Source: Kiritimatiellia bacterium
Lineage (GTDB): Bacteria; Verrucomicrobiota; Kiritimatiellia; RFP12; DVOR01
NCBI GenBank assembly: GCA_017558005.1
Contig: JAFYWN010000014.1
Coordinates: 17,902 to 81,901 of the forward strand
Length of the DNA stretch: 64,000 bases
Reading direction: 5' to 3'
A model generated the notes under the pieces. That model was not told the DNA's origin. It searched no databases and saw nothing but the letters and a program-made list of their open reading frames with translations. The position numbers and the translations under genes were made by a program. Positions 8,668 through 16,500 of this stretch are shown here, one piece after another. Position 1 is the stretch's first letter, and every line of letters starts with the position of its first letter.

Positions 8668-9429
8668 ATGGATTTCACAGGTAAAGTTGCTCTCGTCACC
8701 GGTTCCGGTGGTGGTATTGGTCTCGCTACCGCGAAGGCACTCGCTGAAGCAGGTGCAGACGTTGCAGTCCTCGACTTCAACCCCGCCCTCCTCGAAACCG
8801 CTAAGGCTGAAGTCGAAGCCTATGGTCACAAGGTCATCACCATTCAGTGCGATGTCTCTAAGGCCGATCAGGTTGAAGCCGCCGTCAAGCAGACCGTTGA
8901 CGCCTTCGGCCGCTTGGACATCCTCGTGAACAACGCTGGTATCACCCGCGACAACCTCCTCCTCCGCATGGAAGAGTCCGAATGGGATGCCGTCATCGCG
9001 ACCAACCTCAAGTCCGTCTATCTCTTCTCCAAGGCCGTCATTCGCCCCATGGGTAAGAACAAGGGTCCCGATGGTAAGCCCTGCGGTGGTGTCATCATCA
9101 ATACCGCCTCGGTCATCGGCCTCTTCGGCAACGTTGGTCAGCTCAACTACGGCGCTGCAAAGGCTGGCGTCATCAACATGACCAAGACCATCTCCAAGGA
9201 ATACGGCAAGAAGAAAATCCGCTGCAACGCCGTTGCACCGGGCTTCATCAAGACCAAGATGACCGAAGTGCTTTCTCAGGAAGCCAAGGACGCTATGGCC
9301 AAGATGATTCCGCTTCAGGAACTCGGCGAACCCGAAGACGTGGCACGCGCCATCCGCTTCCTCGCCTCCGACGAAGCCTCCTACATCACCGGCCAGACCC
9401 TCGCAGTCAGCGGCGGTATGGCATTCTAA
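8668..9429 (+). CDS. fabG: 3-oxoacyl-ACP reductase
   Basis: SDR with TGSGGGIG, NNAG and YGAAK motifs, located between fabD and acpP. Confidence 0.9.
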   Translation: MDFTGKVALVTGSGGGIGLATAKALAEAGADVAVLDFNPALLETAKAEVEAYGHKVITIQCDVSKADQVEAAVKQTVDAFGRLDILVNNAGITRDNLLLRMEESEWDAVIATNLKSVYLFSKAVIRPMGKNKGPDGKPCGGVIINTASVIGLFGNVGQLNYGAAKAGVINMTKTISKEYGKKKIRCNAVAPGFIKTKMTEVLSQEAKDAMAKMIPLQELGEPEDVARAIRFLASDEASYITGQTLAVSGGMAF

Positions 9430-9495
9430 TCACTTTTTCACAACATCGTGTCCCGGCGGGTGCCGGGACCTTAAACAACCCAAGGAGTACATAAC

Positions 9496-9738
9496 ATGTC
9501 CCTCGAACAGAAAATCACTGACATCATCGTCGATCAGCTTGGTGTGGACGCCGCTCAGGTCGTTCCGGAAGCATCCTTCATCGATGACCTCAACGCTGAC
9601 TCCCTCGACCAGGTCGAACTCATCATGGCCTTCGAAGAAGAATTCGGCGCAGAAATCCCGGACGAAGACGCAGAAAAGCTGACCACCGTTGGCGCTGTGA
9701 TTTCGTACCTCACGGAAAAGGGCATCACCGCTGAATAA
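9496..9738 (+). CDS. acpP: acyl carrier protein
   Basis: 80 aa with a [17 protein letters not shown] phosphopantetheine-attachment motif. Confidence 0.95.
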   Translation: MSLEQKITDIIVDQLGVDAAQVVPEASFIDDLNADSLDQVELIMAFEEEFGAEIPDEDAEKLTTVGAVISYLTEKGITAE

Positions 9739-9768
9739 GCGTTGGTACTCAAAGTACGGAAGAGAACA

Positions 9769-9798
9769 AGCCGCATCCTCGGATGCGGCTCTCTTTTT
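9769..9798 (+). terminator. rho-independent terminator after acpP
   Basis: Hairpin AGCCGCATCC-tcg-GGATGCGGCT followed by CTCTTTTTAT. Confidence 0.7.
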
Positions 9799-9832
9799 AT
9801 CCCCGCAGCACTTTGCAGAGAGCGCGGCGGCA

Positions 9833-10192
9833 GAGATGAGGCCGAGGAGGGGAGGCGGGTGGCGCGGGACCGCGCCTTACCAACCAACGGGGCTGCGCCC
9901 CGCTCCCCGCATGAGTACGATGCCGAGTCTCGTATCACACTGTCTCACTCATGCGTACTGGGGGAGCGCCTTTTGTCACAGCGGCTCACTCATATGTGCT
10001 AGGGGGGCGGGGGGCGCGTGTGCAGTGGCGTGGCGGGCTACTAAGCGTGAGATCGCTGGGGGGCGCGTGCGCAGCGGTGTGGCGGCTTACTAAGTGTGAG
10101 ATCGCTGGTGGAGCGGGGGGCGCAGCATCCCCCGTTGGTTGGTAAGGCGCGCCTGCGCGCCCCATCACCTCCCCTCGGTGGCCCCATCCTTG
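9833..10192. repeat. REP-A composite (REPIN/MITE-like) element, copy 1
   Basis: The left module at 9833-9915 is the reverse complement of the right module at 10105-10192 (CCAACCAACGGGGCTGCGCCCCGCTCCCC versus GGAGCGGGGGGCGCAGCATCCCCCGTTGGTTGG). The core carries TTTTGTCACAGCGGCTCACTCAT and two CTACTAAG(C/T)GTGAGATCGCTGG units. Confidence 0.8.
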
Positions 10193-10262
10193 CCGCTACC
10201 CACCCACTTCGCCCTCAGGCCTCTCACCCCTCGCCCCCTCTGTCGTCGCTATTCTTTTAGGG

Positions 10263-10291
10263 TTGTATCCTGCGATGGATTGCTTTATACT
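10263..10291 (+). promoter_or_regulatory. sigma70-like promoter of RAYT-like gene 1 (TTGTAT-17-TATACT)
   Basis: The -35 is at 10263-10268 and the -10 at 10286-10291. The ATG at 10298 is 6 nt after the -10 with no SD, suggesting a leaderless transcript. Confidence 0.4.
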
Positions 10292-10297
10292 TTCAAT

Positions 10298-11299
10298 ATG
10301 CGCTTCCCATTACTACAGCACGGTCGTCATTTTTACTTCTTCACATTTGTTGTAGAAGGGCGGCAAGCACTGCTTTCCCGACTTCAACGTGGGGAGAAAC
10401 GACCCCAGCTTTCAGAATTAGGGCGTCATATCCAAGCGTGCTGGAAAATGCTTCATAGTGTTGATTCGCACCTAACGGCCTTAGAGTCGGCGATTATGCC
10501 AGATCACGTCCATCTGCTATTGATGATAAATTCAGAAACGGAATTCCCCTTTAATCCGCTTATTTTCGCGCGTTGGTTCCAGAAGGTTACGGCGCATCCA
10601 CAGGAAGATGTCGATATTAAAACATGGATGGCGAACGCTGCTCCCCGTGGATGGGATCGATTTGACTCCGATTTAGAAGTGGCTCTATTAGAGCAGGGGC
10701 CTATGCCACGAGGAAAGATCCCATGGGCGAAGGAACTTTGGGTGAACGTCTCATTTGATGCCCGCCAACTCTCCGCTATTCGCCGTTACATACGGATGAA
10801 TCCTGTGCGCTACTTCTGGAAACACGACCACTCAGACCTTTTCAAATGCTGTCCTCGCCTCAAACATCCCGCATTAAATCCTGCGTTACCGTGGTCTGCG
10901 ATAGGCGATATCACAATACTTGCCTCTCCGTTTCTCTTTCTTGTGCGATTGACACGTAAGAAAACGATTCAAGCATTAGAGCCTGAGATAGAGGCTTATC
11001 TTGAACGAGCCCAACAAGGCGGCGTGCCCGTCTGTGGATTTATCTCACCAGCAGAGCGTGTATTTGAAGCTCGCTTAAAAGCCCTCCCCAATGTCCGCTG
11101 GATTAAGGCAGTGCCCTATGGCCTGCCAGAACGCTATGACCCATCAGTAGAAGATTCTCGCTGGATATCTGCACGGCAGCAGTTAATCCTAAGCTCATTT
11201 GATACCACCCAGTACCCGCCTTTTAAAATTACACGCGTAGGATGCCTACTTATGAATGAGCGCATCGAGCAGATGGTCGCCACCCTACGAGGGGAATAA
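10298..11299 (+). CDS. RAYT-like HUH/Y1 (IS200-like) transposase-fold protein with extra C-terminal domain
   Basis: It has the HUH motif MPDHVHLLL and the Y-motif RRYIRMNPVRY, as in REP-associated tyrosine transposases. REP-A elements flank it on both sides. The start is trimmed to ATG 10298 because the upstream part of the listed ORF translates the REP element. Confidence 0.7.
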   Translation: MRFPLLQHGRHFYFFTFVVEGRQALLSRLQRGEKRPQLSELGRHIQACWKMLHSVDSHLTALESAIMPDHVHLLLMINSETEFPFNPLIFARWFQKVTAHPQEDVDIKTWMANAAPRGWDRFDSDLEVALLEQGPMPRGKIPWAKELWVNVSFDARQLSAIRRYIRMNPVRYFWKHDHSDLFKCCPRLKHPALNPALPWSAIGDITILASPFLFLVRLTRKKTIQALEPEIEAYLERAQQGGVPVCGFISPAERVFEARLKALPNVRWIKAVPYGLPERYDPSVEDSRWISARQQLILSSFDTTQYPPFKITRVGCLLMNERIEQMVATLRGE

Positions 11300-11557
11300 C
11301 CAACCAACGGGGCTGTGCCCCGCTCCCCACCTTAGTGCGCTACCGATTCGCTTGTCACAGTATCTCACTCGTGTGTGCTGGGGGAGCGCCTTTTGTCACA
11401 GCGGCTCACTCATGTGTGCTAGGGGAGCGGGGAGCGCAGTAGCGTGGCGGCCTATTAAGTGTGAGATCGCTGGGGGAGCGGGGGGCGCAGCATCCCCCGT
11501 TGGTTGGTAAGGCGCGCCTGCGCGCCCCATCACCTCCCCTCGGCGGCCTCATCCCTG
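11297..11557. repeat. REP-A composite element, copy 2 (left module truncated at RAYT stop codon)
   Basis: It has the same core and right module as copy 1 (GGGGAGCGCCTTTTGTCACAGCGGCTCACTCATGTGTGCTAGG...GCGCAGCATCCCCCGTTGGTTGGTAAGGCGCGCCTGCGCGCCCCATCACCTCCCCTCGG). Confidence 0.8.
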
Positions 11558-11707
11558 CCGCTACCCACCCCCTTCTCACCCACTTACCCCCTCGCCACTC
11601 GCCACTGGTGCACAGCACCTTTGCCTTATTTAATAATATAAACACTTCAAATTCCCTTGTTTAGGGGGTGATTTTTGATAAAAATTAAAAACATCCCCCC
11701 TAAAAGC

Positions 11708-11736
11708 TTGTTTTTGTATCGTGGAGGTGATATACT
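11708..11736 (+). promoter_or_regulatory. sigma70-like promoter of the ATPase gene (TTGTTT-17-TATACT)
   Basis: The -35 is at 11708-11713 and the -10 at 11731-11736. The RBS GGAAGGAAGG is at 11751-11760. Confidence 0.4.
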
Positions 11737-11766
11737 GTTCGTGGTCTTTTAGGAAGGAAGGTTTTG

Positions 11767-13002
11767 ATGAAGGCAACGATTTTTCCGCGTGAAAATTATT
11801 TGAGTAAACTTCGTCCATTTTACAAAAGTGCAGATTTGATTAAAGTGGTGACGGGAATTCGTCGTTGTGGGAAGTCGAGTTTATTGCTCTCGGTGATGGC
11901 AGAATTAAAAGGGCAGGGGGTTGACCCTCACGATATAATCTATTTGAATTTGGATGCATATGGGTACACCTCGGTTCGCACATCAGAACAGTTGGAACGA
12001 TTGATTTCTGCATCTACGAGTGATGACCATTTCAAATATCTCTTTATCGATGAGATTCAAAATGTAGAAGGCTTTGAGACGCTTTTAAATGCCTATCGTG
12101 AAAGTGAACGATTTTCAATTTTTATAACAGGGTCTAATTCCTACCTGTTAAGTGGTGAATTAGTAACAAAGTTGACAGGTCGTTACATTGAAGTGCCGAT
12201 CTTTCCGCTTTCATTTTCAGAATCGTGTCAGATGGAGACGTTTTTAGGGATAAAACACGAGGAGTCATTACAGAGTCGGTTCACGAACTATTTGCGAGTC
12301 GGCGGTTTCCCTCGGTTACTGACAATTGAAGAGGAAACGGCAAAGTGGACTTATTTAGAAAATTTGGTTGAACAAATTATTCAAAAAGATGTAAAACGTC
12401 GTGTGCAAATTAGAAATAGGGCCGTTTTCGATAAAGTTCGTCATTATTTTGTTAATAATTTTGGCACTCCAATTTCACTTAAGAATGTTGCTGAAGAATT
12501 AAAACGAACCGAAAACCTAGTGGTAAAGACAGAAACGCTGAAACGTTATTTGAACATCTTGGAAGATGCACGAATCCTCTACAAATGTCCTCGATTTGAC
12601 CTTAAAAGTCGACGCTCTTTAGCAGGAGAAGGAAAATATTATCTTGCAGATACGAGTCTCTATTTCGCAACCAACACGGATCAGCGAATTAATTATGGCC
12701 CTGTCTTGGAAAACATCCTTTTTTTGCACTTGCGGAGTCGGGGCTACGAAGTCTCTGTTGGAAAGATTGGCAACTTGGAGTGCGACTTTATCGTTCGCAA
12801 GGCTGGGGATTACTTCTACATTCAAGTGGCAATGACCATTATGAATGACCCAAAGACCGAAGAGCGCGAATACCGTGCGCTTGAGGCAATACGCGATAAC
12901 TATCCCAAATATCTATTTACACTAGATACCCTCTTACAAAAACGAAATGGCATCCATCACTTAAACATTGTAGACTTCCTTGCGGGCACAGGAGAATTAT
13001 AG
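11767..13002 (+). CDS. AAA+ ATPase (AAA_14-like) with C-terminal DUF4143 / PD-(D/E)xK-like domain
   Basis: Walker A GIRRCGKSSLL and Walker B LFIDEIQ are present. The C-terminal GNLECDFIVRK is typical of the DUF4143 nuclease-fold domain. The gene is visibly AT-richer than its neighbours. Confidence 0.85.
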   Translation: MKATIFPRENYLSKLRPFYKSADLIKVVTGIRRCGKSSLLLSVMAELKGQGVDPHDIIYLNLDAYGYTSVRTSEQLERLISASTSDDHFKYLFIDEIQNVEGFETLLNAYRESERFSIFITGSNSYLLSGELVTKLTGRYIEVPIFPLSFSESCQMETFLGIKHEESLQSRFTNYLRVGGFPRLLTIEEETAKWTYLENLVEQIIQKDVKRRVQIRNRAVFDKVRHYFVNNFGTPISLKNVAEELKRTENLVVKTETLKRYLNILEDARILYKCPRFDLKSRRSLAGEGKYYLADTSLYFATNTDQRINYGPVLENILFLHLRSRGYEVSVGKIGNLECDFIVRKAGDYFYIQVAMTIMNDPKTEEREYRALEAIRDNYPKYLFTLDTLLQKRNGIHHLNIVDFLAGTGEL

Positions 13003-13199
13003 AAATAGGTTCGTTGGCACTCCATAGGAGCGGACTGTGTGATTTTTTCTATAAATAGATTTCAGAAGAGAAGAAATCTTTTGGATAAGGCGTAATCAGG
13101 CCTCCGTAGAGGTGTTCGCTGTTCGGTCGCTGCGCACATAGATGTCCACCACTCGCCACTGTCAACAGGTGCGCAGCACCTCCCTGGCATCGCTTGCTA

Positions 13200-13337
13200 C
13201 GCATCTCCTAGTGTTCATTGTGTTAAAACCGCACTGGCATAGCATCCGCTTCGCAAAAGCACGAGCCAGCATCCACGGGGCCGCAGGCCATCGCGCCGTG
13301 GTGCGGTCGTGCGCCTCGCGTAGTTCGCGGTAAAATT
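13200..13337. repeat. about 137 nt conserved upstream element, copy A (shared by both giant genes)
   Basis: About 95 percent identical by eye to 22681-22817 (CGCATCTCCTAGTGTTCATTGTGTTAAAACCGCACT...CCACGGGGCCGCAGGCCATCGCGCCGTGGTGCGGTCGTGCGCCTCGCGTAGTTCGCGG). Confidence 0.85.
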
Positions 13338-13400
13338 CAGACAGTCCCGCGCACCCTAAACTCAGAACTCAAGCGAGCATCGCGAGCGTGTCCCCCCCAT

Positions 13401-13430
13401 TTGACACCCCTCCCATAATTAAGGTATACT
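13401..13430 (+). promoter_or_regulatory. sigma70-like promoter of giant gene 1 (TTGACA-18-TATACT)
   Basis: The -35 is at 13401-13406 and the -10 at 13425-13430. The architecture matches the giant gene 2 promoter. A C7 tract at 13392-13398 lies just upstream of the -35. Confidence 0.5.
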
Positions 13431-13503
13431 GTTTAGTTACTTAATGAGAGGAGTTTATTCTCTCAGACGTTATTTTATTTCACGAACGAAATAGGAAAAC
13501 AGA

Positions 13504-16500
13504 ATGAAACGATTCTTGAAAAGTTTTAGTCTTCTGCTCTGCAGCGGTCTCTTCGCCATGACCGGCTGGGCCGCAGAACCTACGGCAGATTGGTCTGCAT
13601 CCTTTAATGGGGATACGACCTGTTCGGGTTTATTTAGTGGGTGGAGTGGCAATGGTGACATCCCTGCGGCGTCTTATGTAACAACACCGAATGGTTCAGG
13701 TTTTATTGCAGGTACTTATGTGCCGTGGTGTGATAACTCGGGCATTACAGTTGCAAATTCGTTTGCATTTGCAGTTTATGCTGATTTGTCCACGGTCGCC
13801 CCAAATTCAACGATTATGGGCGTGGGTGGCGCAGCGTGGAATGGGGGCAGTGGCTTTACGTTGGCAAAAACGGCTAAGGATGAAGTTGCCGTAGTTCGTT
13901 ATGGCGCAACGGATACTGTTATCGCTAGATTGAAGAGTGACACCATTAAGACCTCCTCTTTCATGCTTTATACCGTGTCAATTGTTCAGAATGATGATTC
14001 TACAGTTGTTACGATTACGGCGGGCTCAGATTTAGTGACGAGCGAAGATACCACCAAGTACACGCCCACTGGGAATGGTTTGCAGGTCGGTGCATGTTAC
14101 GGAGATACTGCGTATGTTCAGATTGATGGTGTGAACACTACGAAAGCTGCGAATGCTATCATTGACGAAGTGCGTGCGTATAGCAGCTCTTTGACGATTG
14201 AGGAAATAACACAGTTATTGGAAGTTTTCCCCACCGTAAAACGTCCAGAAGTGATTGCAATCAATTTTGCAAATAATGCTGCTGATTTAGGGTCTAGCGG
14301 ACTCCCAACGGATGCAATTGGGTTTGAAAAGGTCGTGGAGGGTGTTACCTATGGCGGAAAGGTCGTCCCTGCGTTTTGGACAAAGACAACGGGTGGTGTG
14401 AATAATGATGGGCTTGATGTTGCAAGTACGATTGAGCGTCAGTATCGTCTCAAGTGGAGCTCAAATGCGAATACGTATCAGTCTGGAAGTACTGGGACTC
14501 TGACGGAAAAGTTAACCTATGGTTATTTGGATAATGGGGATAGTACGCAGAATCACATTGAATTGAGCGGTCTTCCGATTACGGGTTATGATGTTGCGGT
14601 GATTTTGGGTGGTGATGGCCCGAATAGTGAGAACGCACAAAATAATAAGTTCTCGCCTGTTAAGGTGAATGGCATTGATTACACCTATGATGCCGATAAT
14701 AATCTTATTCAGGGAACGACGGTCTGGGGTGTTCGCTGCAATGCAAATGCGTTGACAGAAGGGACAAATGTTATTTTTGTTCCCAATCAAATAGCTCCTA
14801 CGTTATTAATTGACACCTATTACAAAAATGAAAATGGGAATGCGGGTCGTGGTACGATTGCTGCGATTCAGGTTTTTGTTCACACGGGTAAAGAGTCTCC
14901 AGTGTTTCCTCCGTTAGGAGAGGCAACATCTTATTGGAATTTTGAGAATTCGATAGTTGACGCGAATAAAGGTGTAACGAGCTGGACGGGTGATAATGAT
15001 GCCACCAATGCGTATGTTGACTCCTATCGCAAGTCTGAACGTGGCATTGTGTACAAGGGCGCTCAAATGAGCGGTTCGCTTCATCCCTATTTGAATGGTT
15101 ATGCATGGTCATCTGAGTTTACGATTATGGCCTATGTGAATGTGGCGAAGTGTCCAGACAATGGTGTACTTGTCTCTTCTGGTGGTGCTACGAAATTGCG
15201 AAAGGTGAATAGCACAACGATTCGCTTCGGTGGTCCTAATACGTATGTGGATGCGGAATGTGCTGATTTAGCTGTTGGTTACCATTTAATTATCGCTACA
15301 TTCGGTAATGCTGGTTTGACACTTCAAATTGACAATGGTCAGGTCGCGACGAACGCGAGCAAGTCCACGATTGCAAATGGTATTCAGATTGGTGCAGAAT
15401 GGGGTGGTGGTACACATTCGTATAACAACGACGGCGGTGCAGTCATTGATGACCTTGCGATTTGGAACAAAGTGCTCACGTCTGATGAGATGGATTTATT
15501 AAAGGCCTGTTATCCTGCAGCCTATCTTCCATTGAGTGTGGCCGCAGATACGGATGCTTCGGGTGCTCTTTCTTGGAGTGAAATTACCGCAGTGGTAGGC
15601 AATCGTACTACTTGGAATGTCTCTGGCGAAGTGACGATTTCGCTTGATGCAGATATTGATCCTGCTTTAACGGCCTTGACGTTGATTCCTGCCAATGCCT
15701 CGGGTGATAAGCTCACAGTGACAGGCGCAGGCTCGTTGTATGGCGATACCTTTGCTTTGACCACGGATATCCTTGTGGATATTACGAATCAGAAGAATAA
15801 TCCCACAATTACCCTCTCTGGTGCAGGGAATGTGACGATTCGTAAGGGTAATGGGTCGACTGCCGGCGGTATCGCTCCTGTGGCGAATAATTACACGGGT
15901 ACCTTCACCGTGGATGATGGTCAGCAGATTACACGTATGGGTGGCGATTTAACAATCCCGTTCACCGTGGGTACGAATGGTGCGAAGTTGCACTCGAATG
16001 ATGGCAATTGGACGGTCTCTTCCAAGATTTCTGGCTCTGGCACGTTGACGATTGCTTCTCCAAGTCGTTGGATTTCTGTGACCAATAATACAAACGACTT
16101 CACGGGTAATGTGGTCGTTGAATCGGGCACCCTCTATGTGGGTAACAAGGGCAGTGAAAATAGCGGCTCTGATGCGCAATTGGGTGATGAGAATAGCATT
16201 TATACGGTGAAGTCGGGGGCTACGTTCTACACGCACCTCGGTGGTAATGATAAGATCTTTGCACCCAATATCACGCTTGAAGATGGCGCCACTTTTGGTA
16301 ACCGCGATGGTCACGTTACTTACAATGGTGATATTACGATTAATGGCAATGCCACCTACAACTTCTATTGGAACAAGCAGAATACGTTCTCTGGCGTGGT
16401 TTCGGGTACAGGAACATTAATGATTAATGGCCCTGATAATGAAGATGGTACTTGCGAAATTCGTTTGACCAATGCGGCAAATACCTTCACGGGTACCTAT

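Noticed and set aside
10139-10297. N-terminal extensions of listed ORFs: 10139 for RAYT-1, 36783 for RAYT-2, 40831 for the methyltransferase, 5639 for yceD and 51827 for dinG.
   Set aside because: The extensions translate REP elements or overlap the preceding gene substantially. Downstream in-frame starts have better promoter or RBS context and restore typical family N-termini.
13142-13333. 63-aa ORF upstream of giant gene 1, and the minus-strand ORF 22747-22995 upstream of giant gene 2.
   Set aside because: They lie on opposite strands of the same conserved 137-nt element, so conservation is at the DNA or RNA level rather than in a shared reading frame. Neither has an RBS.
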